Made by a program: the position numbers and the translations under genes. DNA of 64,000 nt from a virus. Taxonomy: Duplodnaviria > Caudoviricetes. The stretch spans positions 96,001 to 160,000 of IMG/VR virus record IMGVR_UViG_2597489997_000001. One strand, given 5' to 3'. Under the pieces are notes generated by a model. That model saw only the letters and a list, made by a program, of their open reading frames with translations. It had not been told where the DNA came from and did not search any database. Positions 20,531 through 30,162 of this stretch are shown here, one piece after another (the first letter of the stretch is position 1; every line of letters begins with the position of its first letter).

Positions 20531-21166
20531 ATGACGCGCCATCACAAATACTTAGGTTCCGACTCTAAGCCTGTAGAGGCTGTTGAAGCGGAATCAATCG
20601 AAGCAGTACAATCAACCATCAATCCAAGTGTAGAGGAAATTACCATGACTAACGTTAACCTGAACAACGAAGCAGCAATCGACGCAAACGTAGTAGACGA
20701 AGCAACAGTAGTTGAAACTGAAGCAACTGAAACCCTGCGCGATATCGCAGCAGTAAAACAATCTGGCGGGTTCCGTAAAGGTTCCGTAGCGTATGCAGGT
20801 ATTCTGTCCGGTGCGATCTCGGCCATCGCTATGGTACTGGCTCGTTCAGCAAGCGATGATGTCAAGCTGAGCAAAATGGATATCCTGAAACGCACTGCTG
20901 CGACTACAGCTGCTGCAACCACAATCCAGGCTGGCGTGCAGCTGGCTGCTAAACGCGTTAACAACAACTCAACAGCTTCTTATGTAACTGCCCATCTGGT
21001 CGGTTGTGTAACAGCTCCGGTTGCAATGCGCGCTATGGTAGCTTCTGGGTTTGGTGCTGAAGGTTATAAAGAGCACGGTACAACTGAATCAGAAATGCTG
21101 GCTGGCGTATCTGGTCCGGAAGTATTCGATGCAGTTGAATCAGCTCCAGTAGTTAACGAACTGTAA
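20531..21166 (+). CDS. Ala-rich probable membrane protein with acidic N-terminus
   Basis: Hydrophobic segments VAYAGILSGAISAIAMVLA and YVTAHLVGCVTAPVAM; second in-frame start with its own SD at 20645. Confidence 0.65.
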   Translation: MTRHHKYLGSDSKPVEAVEAESIEAVQSTINPSVEEITMTNVNLNNEAAIDANVVDEATVVETEATETLRDIAAVKQSGGFRKGSVAYAGILSGAISAIAMVLARSASDDVKLSKMDILKRTAATTAAATTIQAGVQLAAKRVNNNSTASYVTAHLVGCVTAPVAMRAMVASGFGAEGYKEHGTTESEMLAGVSGPEVFDAVESAPVVNEL

Positions 21167-21169
21167 AGA

Positions 21170-21230
21170 CATAACTCCTACTCACCGTAATGGTGAGTAG
21201 GAGTATACGTTTAGTTACTTATTTTTTTTG
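21170..21230. terminator. Bidirectional terminator between convergent genes
   Basis: ACTCCTACTCACC-gtaat-GGTGAGTAGGAGT, followed by a T-rich tract. Confidence 0.75.
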
Positions 21231-24116
21231 TTAGCTGGTCCAAAGGTCATCACCGCCACCTTTAAGATCATCGCCTAACCCATTATCGGTTTGGACTTGT
21301 TCAACACCTTCTTCCTTAGGTGTACCATCGTCATTAAAGTTCTCAACGATAGTTTCATTACCTGGTTGTTCCGCATCCAAGTTTTCATTGAACATGTCGT
21401 CACTAGGTTTCTGAGGAACTAACCCATCGCCATTTTCATTGGTCAGGAAACTTTGTTCTTGAGGCTCAAGTGAATTCAAAGAGTCATTGTTTTCCTTTTC
21501 AATTTTATCTTTGAGCTTCTCAGCTTTAACATCACCCTTCTTAGTTCCTTTATGCCATTCGGTAAGGAACTTAACAACGTTCAGATCAAGATCGGTTACA
21601 CGAGAAATGTATGTCAACATACCACCCGCATTACCGTTGCTCAGAATCTGTTCAAACGGCATTGGTAAGTTATACCGTTCGAATGCTTCAGTCAGAAGTA
21701 CGCCTTTCATAGTCCCAATGATATTCTCACCATCCAGACCAATCTCTTCAGCACGTTTCTGCAACATCTCGACACCGCCACCCATGGTAGTCCAGACTTC
21801 AACCAGTTTCTCAACAGCTTCAATCTTGTCTTCCAGTTTAAGCAGGCTGTCTGTAATGGCGGGGGTAGGAAGAGTAACGAAGAAACTATTTAAGAAGTCT
21901 TTAAGGACTAACTCGATAGCTTCCATATCTTCTACTTCTACTTCTTCAGCACCGTTGTTATTAATTTTCTCAGCGGCTTCTTCTTTAACTTCCAGCGCGC
22001 CAGTCTGATCGGGTTTCTCGTATAGGGATTTGTTCTCTCTGATAACTTCAACCAGTTCAGCAATCAGTGGTTCGTTAACACGCATATGTTTGCGCATGAT
22101 GTCAGTGAACCCACGAGAGAAAGTACGAGAATAATCCGTGGTTTGGTTACGCAACAGCTCTTGGTCAGCCAATGCTTCAATAGCAAAGTCATTACCATCA
22201 CCAGTGTCTTCCAGCCAGCTACGTTTCAGACCGAAGAAACCAGAGATGGTGTTCAACAGGTTTTCACGTAATGACGGATCAATACCTTTAAGTGATTCAC
22301 GTTCCATCTGACGTGCAGTGATGTCAGGGGTAATAGCGTATTTGTTATCGCTAGGGTTAACCTTGACAGTAACTGACTGCTCTTTAAAGCGGTCAAGTAC
22401 CGCATCAATAGAAACGTTATTATAACCTAAGATATCGTGAAGCGTTGGGTTAGCTGAGAAGTATTCATCACGAATCATCGCAATGGTATTACGGATATCA
22501 AAGTCTTCTTCTTCTGGTGTGATTTCCAACAGGGTATGAGAGATAGAGTTCTCAACCTGAGCAAGAGCATCAGCGGTATCCAGAACAGCCAGACGAGTGA
22601 TGTGTAATTTAGCTTCATCAACCAGTGAACGACCAACACCCAGACGAGAGAAGTCGATCGCAACGTAAGTTACGTACTCAGCAGGAACGAAGATAGCTCG
22701 AACACCCTGGTCACGTAAAGCACGCCCCAGATAGAGTTTCTTATTCTCTTCAGTTAAAGAGATACTCACATCTTTATGGAGATCACCATTGAGGAAACCT
22801 TCAATTAGTTCCTTCTCAAGTGTAGCAGATGAGAACTCTGCCATCCACGCCATGTCTTCGTTACATTCTTTACCCTCAGCCACAGTGCGGATATGGTTAA
22901 CGATTTCGTTAATCGAACCCATCTTAGGTTGAGTGGCTTCGCCAGCACCTTTGGCTTTCTGATAGAATTTAACGTCTGAAGTATTCTTCAGTGGTTCACC
23001 TGTTTCCGGATCCGTTAAAAGGATGAATCCAAATGGTTTACCAATCTCACCGTTAACGTGAACGGGGATACAACCTTCAGAAGGCCAATGATAACTGATG
23101 CCAACACCACGACCATTCCCAGAATAGAACTTACCTTTACGAACGGAAGTGGACTCATTGAGTTCATATTCACGGTCAGGGTAAAGTCCTTTAATCTCTT
23201 CTTCAAGAGTCTTCTTAGAAACAGCATTGATGTGGTTATTGTTAACCTTGTGACGTTTCCGAGGATCTTTACGGAATACTGAACGAATAGCCGAATCCAT
23301 GTCTTCCAGACCAGCCATCTTCTGCAAGCGGTCAGCACGCATACGTTGTGCTAACTCACCTACTTTCAGTACAAGTGGGTTATCCGTAAATGTCCACTTT
23401 AAACGATCATCAACGATGTTATATTCTGCTTCACGGTTACTGGATGGGTTGTAAATACTTTCAAAGCCTACGAAGCTACCTTTAGTTTCGCGAGTCTTAC
23501 GAATGTAACCCAAGTTCTTAGCACGGTCCCAACTGTTCCCAGTAAAGTGTTTAGCCAGTACAGCTTCTGCCTGAGACTTAAAGGATTCAGATCCATCTAC
23601 TTCCATCCCGTTAATGAGGTGGTCGAGGACGGAGTGTGAAAGAGAAACGTGTGCATAAGAGCCAGTACGGAATAGGACATCTTTAATAATTTGAGGGGCT
23701 AACTCTTCTACGGGGTATTTTGTTGTAAAGTAGTTTTCTACCTTTTGAATCAACATATCGTGCAGCTTGGCATTCTTGATATCTGATTGTTCAGTATCAT
23801 AAATGAATAGCTGACGCTGATCCCCGTTTGGTTTCAACAGAAGAGTTGTCCAGATTTGTTCAGCACGCTTGATGTAGTGAGTAATAGTACGCAGGTCAAC
23901 TGAAGCCTGGATATTATTACTGATTATGTCAGAAAGGTTCTTTACCTTAGCGACCGGTGGTTTAGTTTTGTTTTCTGCGTCTTTCTCATCCCTGATATTC
24001 TTATCTTTGACGAGTAAGGAACGCATGCTCTTATCAAGAGGAGATGGGTTATTTAACCGTCCCCTTACTTGAGTTCGATCAGTGGGCTTTATCCCTTTGG
24101 GTAAAGTAGAAGACAT
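21231..24116 (-). CDS. Portal protein (phiKZ gp129-like)
   Basis: 961 aa. DVLFRTGSY and G.G.SL.D...L segments typical of portals, G-x-E sites (DGSE/S, VGFE/S, AGLE/D), acidic tail, divergent from the baseplate gene as in phiKZ-like genomes. Confidence 0.7.
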   Translation of the reverse strand: MSSTLPKGIKPTDRTQVRGRLNNPSPLDKSMRSLLVKDKNIRDEKDAENKTKPPVAKVKNLSDIISNNIQASVDLRTITHYIKRAEQIWTTLLLKPNGDQRQLFIYDTEQSDIKNAKLHDMLIQKVENYFTTKYPVEELAPQIIKDVLFRTGSYAHVSLSHSVLDHLINGMEVDGSESFKSQAEAVLAKHFTGNSWDRAKNLGYIRKTRETKGSFVGFESIYNPSSNREAEYNIVDDRLKWTFTDNPLVLKVGELAQRMRADRLQKMAGLEDMDSAIRSVFRKDPRKRHKVNNNHINAVSKKTLEEEIKGLYPDREYELNESTSVRKGKFYSGNGRGVGISYHWPSEGCIPVHVNGEIGKPFGFILLTDPETGEPLKNTSDVKFYQKAKGAGEATQPKMGSINEIVNHIRTVAEGKECNEDMAWMAEFSSATLEKELIEGFLNGDLHKDVSISLTEENKKLYLGRALRDQGVRAIFVPAEYVTYVAIDFSRLGVGRSLVDEAKLHITRLAVLDTADALAQVENSISHTLLEITPEEEDFDIRNTIAMIRDEYFSANPTLHDILGYNNVSIDAVLDRFKEQSVTVKVNPSDNKYAITPDITARQMERESLKGIDPSLRENLLNTISGFFGLKRSWLEDTGDGNDFAIEALADQELLRNQTTDYSRTFSRGFTDIMRKHMRVNEPLIAELVEVIRENKSLYEKPDQTGALEVKEEAAEKINNNGAEEVEVEDMEAIELVLKDFLNSFFVTLPTPAITDSLLKLEDKIEAVEKLVEVWTTMGGGVEMLQKRAEEIGLDGENIIGTMKGVLLTEAFERYNLPMPFEQILSNGNAGGMLTYISRVTDLDLNVVKFLTEWHKGTKKGDVKAEKLKDKIEKENNDSLNSLEPQEQSFLTNENGDGLVPQKPSDDMFNENLDAEQPGNETIVENFNDDGTPKEEGVEQVQTDNGLGDDLKGGGDDLWTS

Positions 24117-24144
24117 TGACAGGGCTCTCCTTTAAGGAACCTTT

Positions 24145-26271
24145 ATGCTTAAGAATATCGAATTTAAATCCTACATCATGAGGACTATATCCTTCGCAAG
24201 AACGATCGTCATCAAGTGTGAGGATATCGCCTTTCTTGACAACAGGTTGATGGAACAACATTACGGCATTGTGCCTGGTAAAGATAAAACACAATGGCGT
24301 TATTACCTTAACCTGAATGGCGACTACCACGTCACCGATGATAAAATGCAAGTTCAGTCTCTGGATAATGGCGATACGATTGAGTTCACCAAAGCCAACT
24401 TAGATTTGCACTTAGCAACTAAGCGAGCTTATAGACAGGGATCCTACTACTACACACGACTTGTCGAAAAATACCCTCATCAGTCAAATCTTATTAATGG
24501 AATCATAAACCCAATTCCACCATCGGAAAGTATCCCGGCAAAGAATTACCAAATTCTCCGTTATAACACCGATTATGTAATGTGGAATGAGTACCAGTTG
24601 ATCAATGCTCTACAAGATCATATCGACACAATGGTACAAGGTTCATTCAAGACAGAGTATTTGTATACTGATAACTTAATGTTGCCAATCATGCTGGCAA
24701 ACCTTCATGGTTCATTAGTTTCAGCTATCCTAATGATTCGTAAAGAAGCAGACGGTACCCGTTATGCTCATGACTTCTATATCTGGAGTCGCTTATCTTC
24801 ATTAGGTCTGTCTACCATTTATAAGAACGTGTTGAACCAGAAACAAACGATGTGGTTATACCGCAACCTTGAATATGTTCTCCGTAAACAAGGTCGTCGT
24901 AAAACGTTTGATGAACTGGTCGATATCGTATTGACCGAACGTCGTATTCCTATCTCCCGTTACGAAGCAATTCAAACAACGGAAGATATGCTGGAAACCT
25001 TCAAACCGAAACCGATGTTCTTAAGCCGCCCTGTTAACCTTCAACAGGAGTTCGGTCTTGATACTCGTATCTGGACTGTTCCGGAAGTTATTCGTAAAGA
25101 GCGACCATTGGCGCTTGATAACGAAGACGAAGAAGAACAAGGTATCTACGAAGCTGACTACAACATCAAGTACGGGCTTCATTCAGATATCCCTTCTAAG
25201 GTATTAGAGTCTAACATGACCGATACCACAGACAGGAACCCAGACAGGATTATGCGAGTATTGCATAACCACTGGATCTATCTTACGTCTAAGGGACTTT
25301 ATAACATCAACGTTGATGTTACTGATATTCGTACGGGTAAACACTTCCGTGTTACGACACAGGAGTCAATCATACTCTGGCATTATCTTATCAACCGTTC
25401 ACGTGGTGTTACTACGTGTACTGATATTCCTGAGTATCCGTATTACCATGTCAGAAAGATTACCCCTCCGACATTCCAGGAGTTACGGGAATTAGGGCAT
25501 AAGGATATCTTAACTGAAGAAGTCTGTAAGGACATCCTGCTTAACAGAGTTGACTTCCCTACATTAATATCTCCTGATGGTTTCTTTACCAAGTGTAAAG
25601 AGGTCCAGGACCGGATGTGGGACCATAAGAAACTCTATTCGTACATTCTTAACCTCTTCCATTCTAGTCGTCGTCAGAACGCTGTGGAGGCTTGCTATGA
25701 GACTGGTGTTGCCAAGATTGGTAACTACAAGACTTATGACGAGTTCTTACTGAAACTTGATCTTGACTACTACGACTATACTCCTGATGAATGCCTTGAT
25801 TTAGCTTGGGCCATTTGGAGTAAGGTAACGGGTTGGGAGTTTAACGACCACTTGAGTATCGGCGCTCAACAGAGATTGCTGATTAACCTCATGAAAGACC
25901 TGACCAGTTATACTGTTCAGTACATCGGTTCTACTGAAACCTTAGAAGGTCAATTCAGTTTACCATACATGATGTTGCTGGATGGTGACTATTACTTTGA
26001 AGATGGCGAAACTGCACTTGAGAGTCTCGACAATAAACTTCAGATCCCTGGTCACGTTAAAGGCATCCCAGAGATGTCGTTGGAAGCTAAGGAATTAACA
26101 GGTAGTCTACCTGGCGACAACTGGGGTCGTACTGATCCTGAGTCTATCGGTTGTGCCAAGATAGACTTACCTATGGTCCTTCGTCCTATTGAATTCCCTC
26201 CTGAACCGTCGGTGTATCGTATTATGAACTCCATGACGCTGAAGGAAGTTATTGATTATGGAACGCCTTAA
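24145..26271 (+). CDS. Baseplate wedge-like virion protein (phiKZ gp128-like)
   Basis: 708 aa with W.YYLNL.G.YH..D and LYRNLEY.....GR..TF..L motifs; head-to-head with the portal gene. Confidence 0.6.
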   Translation: MLKNIEFKSYIMRTISFARTIVIKCEDIAFLDNRLMEQHYGIVPGKDKTQWRYYLNLNGDYHVTDDKMQVQSLDNGDTIEFTKANLDLHLATKRAYRQGSYYYTRLVEKYPHQSNLINGIINPIPPSESIPAKNYQILRYNTDYVMWNEYQLINALQDHIDTMVQGSFKTEYLYTDNLMLPIMLANLHGSLVSAILMIRKEADGTRYAHDFYIWSRLSSLGLSTIYKNVLNQKQTMWLYRNLEYVLRKQGRRKTFDELVDIVLTERRIPISRYEAIQTTEDMLETFKPKPMFLSRPVNLQQEFGLDTRIWTVPEVIRKERPLALDNEDEEEQGIYEADYNIKYGLHSDIPSKVLESNMTDTTDRNPDRIMRVLHNHWIYLTSKGLYNINVDVTDIRTGKHFRVTTQESIILWHYLINRSRGVTTCTDIPEYPYYHVRKITPPTFQELRELGHKDILTEEVCKDILLNRVDFPTLISPDGFFTKCKEVQDRMWDHKKLYSYILNLFHSSRRQNAVEACYETGVAKIGNYKTYDEFLLKLDLDYYDYTPDECLDLAWAIWSKVTGWEFNDHLSIGAQQRLLINLMKDLTSYTVQYIGSTETLEGQFSLPYMMLLDGDYYFEDGETALESLDNKLQIPGHVKGIPEMSLEAKELTGSLPGDNWGRTDPESIGCAKIDLPMVLRPIEFPPEPSVYRIMNSMTLKEVIDYGTP

Positions 26272-26596
26272 GAAACAGTATTCAGATTCAGAACGTTTGG
26301 ATGTCTTAGTCAACAGGGAGGATGAACTCCTCCTTTTGTTGGATTCGAGACACGCTAAGTTTGAAAAGCAAAATCTTTCCTTTATTGATCAACACCATGT
26401 GAAGACTAACCTTAAAACTCTGAGACCTTCGGATGTTGTGAGACTTGTTCGTCATTTGGATGTGGAACTTTACTCCACCGATATTGGATCTATCAATCAA
26501 GTACCTGGCGGATATCAAATAAGTATCCGTCCCGATTGTTTGATTCATTATGGGACATTCAAAATTAAATACCGTGAATATAACGAGGATAGTTAA
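26258..26596 (+). CDS. Small hypothetical, probably structural protein
   Basis: Likely ATG at 26258 (MERLKKQ), overlapping the end of the baseplate gene. Confidence 0.6.
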   Translation: MERLKKQYSDSERLDVLVNREDELLLLLDSRHAKFEKQNLSFIDQHHVKTNLKTLRPSDVVRLVRHLDVELYSTDIGSINQVPGGYQISIRPDCLIHYGTFKIKYREYNEDS

Positions 26597-26599
26597 GAA

Positions 26600-27526
26600 A
26601 TGGCAGATAACGTAGACGCTGGGCGCGATTCCCAGAAACTCCCTAACCAGATCGTAACGCCGAACGGTATGGGTATTATTATCAACGCAGCCTGTGTTAC
26701 TCGACAGACGGTTGAAATTCCAAAGAACACCACTCTGAACGAACTGTACGACGTACTGGCTGATGAATCCCTGGGTCGCAAAGCTGGTAAAGATTTCCAG
26801 CTGGGTTACTACGGTATTGGTATCGGTGGTTCTCGTTGTATCGGTACAGATGCAAACGGTTTAGAAGGTCGCCGCGTTTACCAACACAAAGCAACTGACT
26901 ATAACGCATTCTACCCGATCCCGTTCATTGCTCGTAAGCTGGGCGAAGATATCGATCCCGTTCTTCGTGACAACTACCGTATGCGTGTTGTTAAGAAAGT
27001 CGGTGATGAGATGTATGTCTTCTATTACCTGAAACTGATTGACTTCACTGAATTCGACCCAACTCAAAAAGTGGGTGAACGTGATCCAGAGACAGGTAAC
27101 GAAACAGAACGTCCGTACATTCCTAAGAAGGAAGACCTGACGCCTAAGCCTTACGAACTGCAAGCTACAAACTCAGTACCAATTACCAACACCTATATTA
27201 ATGGTTCTGGTAAAATGACGCTGACTCTGAATGGCAATGACCTGGAAGAGATTCGTAACGTTTGCCGTATCCTGTTCAATGATAGCTCTAAAGCAGCAAT
27301 CAACGAAATGTACCTGGCTTATGGTATTGAAACCCGCAACGATGGCGACATCACTGGTGGCGGTACTGTTAACTATAAAGAACTGCAATCAGCTGTGGTT
27401 TCATACCTGATTACCGAAGCTTATGCTCGTGACGCTAACGCTAACAGCAAAATGCCTTGGGCGTTCTGGTACGGTAACTCATTGCCGCTGTTGGTTTCTC
27501 CTGAGACTCTGGCAGTAGCTGGCTAA
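26600..27526 (+). CDS. Virion structural protein
   Basis: 308 aa, GAGG SD, high-expression codon usage, GYYGIGIGG motif; baseplate operon. Confidence 0.6.
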   Translation: MADNVDAGRDSQKLPNQIVTPNGMGIIINAACVTRQTVEIPKNTTLNELYDVLADESLGRKAGKDFQLGYYGIGIGGSRCIGTDANGLEGRRVYQHKATDYNAFYPIPFIARKLGEDIDPVLRDNYRMRVVKKVGDEMYVFYYLKLIDFTEFDPTQKVGERDPETGNETERPYIPKKEDLTPKPYELQATNSVPITNTYINGSGKMTLTLNGNDLEEIRNVCRILFNDSSKAAINEMYLAYGIETRNDGDITGGGTVNYKELQSAVVSYLITEAYARDANANSKMPWAFWYGNSLPLLVSPETLAVAG

Positions 27527-27544
27527 TAACAAAGGGGCTTTGAC

Positions 27545-28165
27545 GTGACAACCGTAACTGACAAGGTCCCTCCCGTTATCGTCGAGCTTTCAATAACTAA
27601 GTGGTCTTCATTCAAGGCCACTATCCCTTCCCTTATTGAGAGTCTTGGTATCGAGATTAAACCAGAAGACTATGAAGACCGTCTTGCCTTTATTGATACA
27701 GACGGTTCTTTGAAGATCACTGGCGTTAACCTCAGTACCGGTAATGTGGACTGGGTAATAAAGAACAAAGTAATAACCAATTCTTCTGAAGAATCCATTA
27801 TGCTGGATAATCCCAAAGACTTCCACTTCAAGGAAGTTATTGAGAATGTGTCCGCATTGGTAAATACCGAAGCTGAATTGAGTTTCATGAAGAACTTAAA
27901 GTTGGATGTCCGTGATGACTCTGGTCAGATTGGTAACTCAACCGCAAGACAACTCATGCAAGTATTAAACAACTACCGCATTGGGAATGGCTGGACTGCC
28001 AACCCTGGCGCTGGTTGCACAACCGCCTACTTCGTACCTCGTTACTACGGCCCTGGTGCAGATGCTCCAGATATTTATAACTTTAACCGTGATGCTCGTT
28101 TACTGGTCGTGGTGGAGTTACTGATGTATGGGGGATATAAAACCCATGCTCTAGTCGTGAGATAG
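27545..28165 (+). CDS. Hypothetical protein
   Basis: 206 aa, GTG start with AAGGGG SD. Confidence 0.6.
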   Translation: MTTVTDKVPPVIVELSITKWSSFKATIPSLIESLGIEIKPEDYEDRLAFIDTDGSLKITGVNLSTGNVDWVIKNKVITNSSEESIMLDNPKDFHFKEVIENVSALVNTEAELSFMKNLKLDVRDDSGQIGNSTARQLMQVLNNYRIGNGWTANPGAGCTTAYFVPRYYGPGADAPDIYNFNRDARLLVVVELLMYGGYKTHALVVR

Positions 28166-28169
28166 TATT

Positions 28170-28736
28170 ATGAGTGTACGCATATTAGGGATTGACCCAG
28201 GGATAAGTAACCTAGGTGCCGCAGGCTTTGAAGTCGACTGTTATGAGCGTAAGCCTTTCAAACTCATATATGCAGACACCCTTCAAGGCGATTACAATGA
28301 TTTCGGTATATCCAAGACTAACCCATTGCAGATTAAAGCATTGGGGTTGACTCGGGCATACGGCACGGTATTTGAGATCGTTGAACCTCATGCAGTTAGC
28401 TGTGAAGATAACTTCTTAGGTCCATCTCCCTCAAGTTTCAAACGACTCATTGAAATCGTTTCATTCATTCACCTGCATAATGCCAATACAGGAGATCGCG
28501 TTGGTTTTATACAAGTGCTCCCCCGGTTAGCTAAACAGATCGTTAATGCTGACTTCAGAGGGACGACCAAGGATGATGTCACCAAAGGGTTAAAAGCTTG
28601 TCCCTTCATTGATTTGAATGGGTTCGATCTCGACAAGTTAACAGAGCACGCCAACGATGCAATCCTCCTTGGCCTTTATAGCTGTGTTCAGTATTATAAA
28701 GAATTAGGATGGGATGTCTTTGATGGAAAGAATTAA
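28170..28736 (+). CDS. ruvC: RuvC-like Holliday junction resolvase
   Basis: RILGIDPG, CEDNF, G.TKDDV and H..DAI catalytic pattern. Confidence 0.85.
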   Translation: MSVRILGIDPGISNLGAAGFEVDCYERKPFKLIYADTLQGDYNDFGISKTNPLQIKALGLTRAYGTVFEIVEPHAVSCEDNFLGPSPSSFKRLIEIVSFIHLHNANTGDRVGFIQVLPRLAKQIVNADFRGTTKDDVTKGLKACPFIDLNGFDLDKLTEHANDAILLGLYSCVQYYKELGWDVFDGKN

Positions 28737-29373
28737 AACTCTGACCGCTGAGACCCGTATACATCCGTGGGACAGAATCCCGATCGTGTTAAAAGCGATA
28801 TCGGGGTTCAACTCATGCTTGACTGTATCAGTCACCAGCGCAATCTTTATCTGGGGTATCCATCAGTCAGTTACTACTGGTGTTGGAACGTGGCCAGGAA
28901 TAGCCACCGCCCTGTTAATGATGATAGGTCCGATTATCATCGCATGGAACTTCGTAAACGCGAAATCCATTATAACTACAATTCTGACTCAAGATCCAGA
29001 TGGTGCTGAAGGGGACACTATCCCTAAGCAAGTTGTTGTACCCTCAGCTACTCCAATCATCACGGAGTCTGACATAGCAGTAGAACGTGAGATAGTTGGT
29101 CCTACTACAGTTATCCTACGCGCTATCGCTGGTGCATTCTCAACTCACATCATCTGCTTCTGTAGTCTGTTGTTTACTTGGACTATCCATGATGCCATGA
29201 TCAGCGGGAAACACCTTCCAAGCAACACTGAGCTGTTTATGGTTGTAGTTGGTCCGATTGTAACGTCATGGAACTTCGTACGCGCTAGCGCTACCCTGAG
29301 CACTGTAATGCAGGGTACGTCTGCTATATCGAAATGGCGTAACAAGTTATCTGGTTGGATAGCAACAAAATAA
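28714..29373 (+). CDS. Multi-pass membrane protein, holin candidate, built from a tandem duplication
   Basis: About four hydrophobic helices in two repeats (..W.IH.....GPI...WNFV.A); adjacent to the spanin pair. Confidence 0.55.
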   Translation: MSLMERIKTLTAETRIHPWDRIPIVLKAISGFNSCLTVSVTSAIFIWGIHQSVTTGVGTWPGIATALLMMIGPIIIAWNFVNAKSIITTILTQDPDGAEGDTIPKQVVVPSATPIITESDIAVEREIVGPTTVILRAIAGAFSTHIICFCSLLFTWTIHDAMISGKHLPSNTELFMVVVGPIVTSWNFVRASATLSTVMQGTSAISKWRNKLSGWIATK

Positions 29374-29378
29374 ACAAA

Positions 29379-29419
29379 CATATCCCTCTACCCCTCCGTA
29401 AGGAAGGGTAGAGGTTATG
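29379..29419. terminator. Bidirectional hairpin between convergent genes
   Basis: CATATCCCTCTACCCCTCC-gtaa-GGAAGGGTAGAGGTTATG. Confidence 0.7.
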
Positions 29420-29428
29420 CATGCACAA

Positions 29429-29902
29429 TTACTTTTTGATACTAATGCCTGGAGGTTTGTTATCCTGAAGATTATCAATAACAGAATTGATATTCCCAGT
29501 CATTCTATCCAAAGCTTGATTCAGTCCGTTGATTTGGTCATTGGCAGCATCCAGCTCCTTGGTAGTAGCAATCAACAAGAGTCTGGTTTCTAGGTAACAA
29601 CCTTTGAAATCATCCTGAGTTAAACAGAAGTTGTTACCAAGGTAGTAATCCAACTTACCTATGTTGCTTTCCCGGTACTTCCAGTCCTTACTATAAACGT
29701 TAGCAGGGACATCAGTGAGACTATTTTTTAGGCTGGCTAGCTGGGTTCGGTACAGGTCCAGTTTTGCTAGCTCGGTTTTCATCTCTACGTACGTCCCGCC
29801 CTCCGTTATCTTCGGTTGGCTGTTGCACGCGACGAGCATAAATGTCAGCAATAGTAAGATTAGAGTTTTTGTCATACCCATACTTACCGTAAAGATCTTC
29901 AT
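29429..29902 (-). CDS. Outer-membrane spanin (o-spanin, Rz1-like lipoprotein)
   Basis: Lipoprotein signal KTLILLLLTFMLVA-C (lipobox LVAC), starting inside the i-spanin gene in another frame. Start is 29902 or a few codons later. Confidence 0.75.
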   Translation of the reverse strand: MKIFTVSMGMTKTLILLLLTFMLVACNSQPKITEGGTYVEMKTELAKLDLYRTQLASLKNSLTDVPANVYSKDWKYRESNIGKLDYYLGNNFCLTQDDFKGCYLETRLLLIATTKELDAANDQINGLNQALDRMTGNINSVIDNLQDNKPPGISIKK

Positions 29903-30161
29903 AATCGGCTTCTCGTTTCTGTTGGTTCTGTTGAGTCGCGTTCTGTAAATTAGCAGCCCACTCTCGTTGATCCGCAGCAACCTTACCAATGTTCTCCGAA
30001 GCAGCACTAATCCGATCTACAGCAACGGACAGTTTCTCAACGGTGTCTTTGTTAAGAGTGTTGTCGGGTTTAAAGAATAACCAGCCAGCAAGCAACAGAA
30101 GTAACAGCCACATGGCTATTGTCTGGAGTCCGGCAATTCGTACTTTCCATTTGTCATCCAT
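29721..30161 (-). CDS. Inner-membrane spanin (i-spanin, Rz-like)
   Basis: Single N-terminal TM (IAMWLLLLLLAGWLFF) then periplasmic coiled coil; overlaps the lipoprotein gene. Confidence 0.75.
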   Translation of the reverse strand: MDDKWKVRIAGLQTIAMWLLLLLLAGWLFFKPDNTLNKDTVEKLSVAVDRISAASENIGKVAADQREWAANLQNATQQNQQKREADYEDLYGKYGYDKNSNLTIADIYARRVQQPTEDNGGRDVRRDENRASKTGPVPNPASQPKK

Positions 30162-30162
30162 A

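Noticed and set aside
21487-22008. 173-aa Ser-rich ORF opposite the portal gene
   Set aside because: Antisense shadow of the Glu/Lys-rich portal C-terminal region.
29903-30007. Arg-rich N-terminal extension of the o-spanin ORF
   Set aside because: A lipoprotein signal must be near the N-terminus; the extension is an alternative-frame read of the i-spanin.
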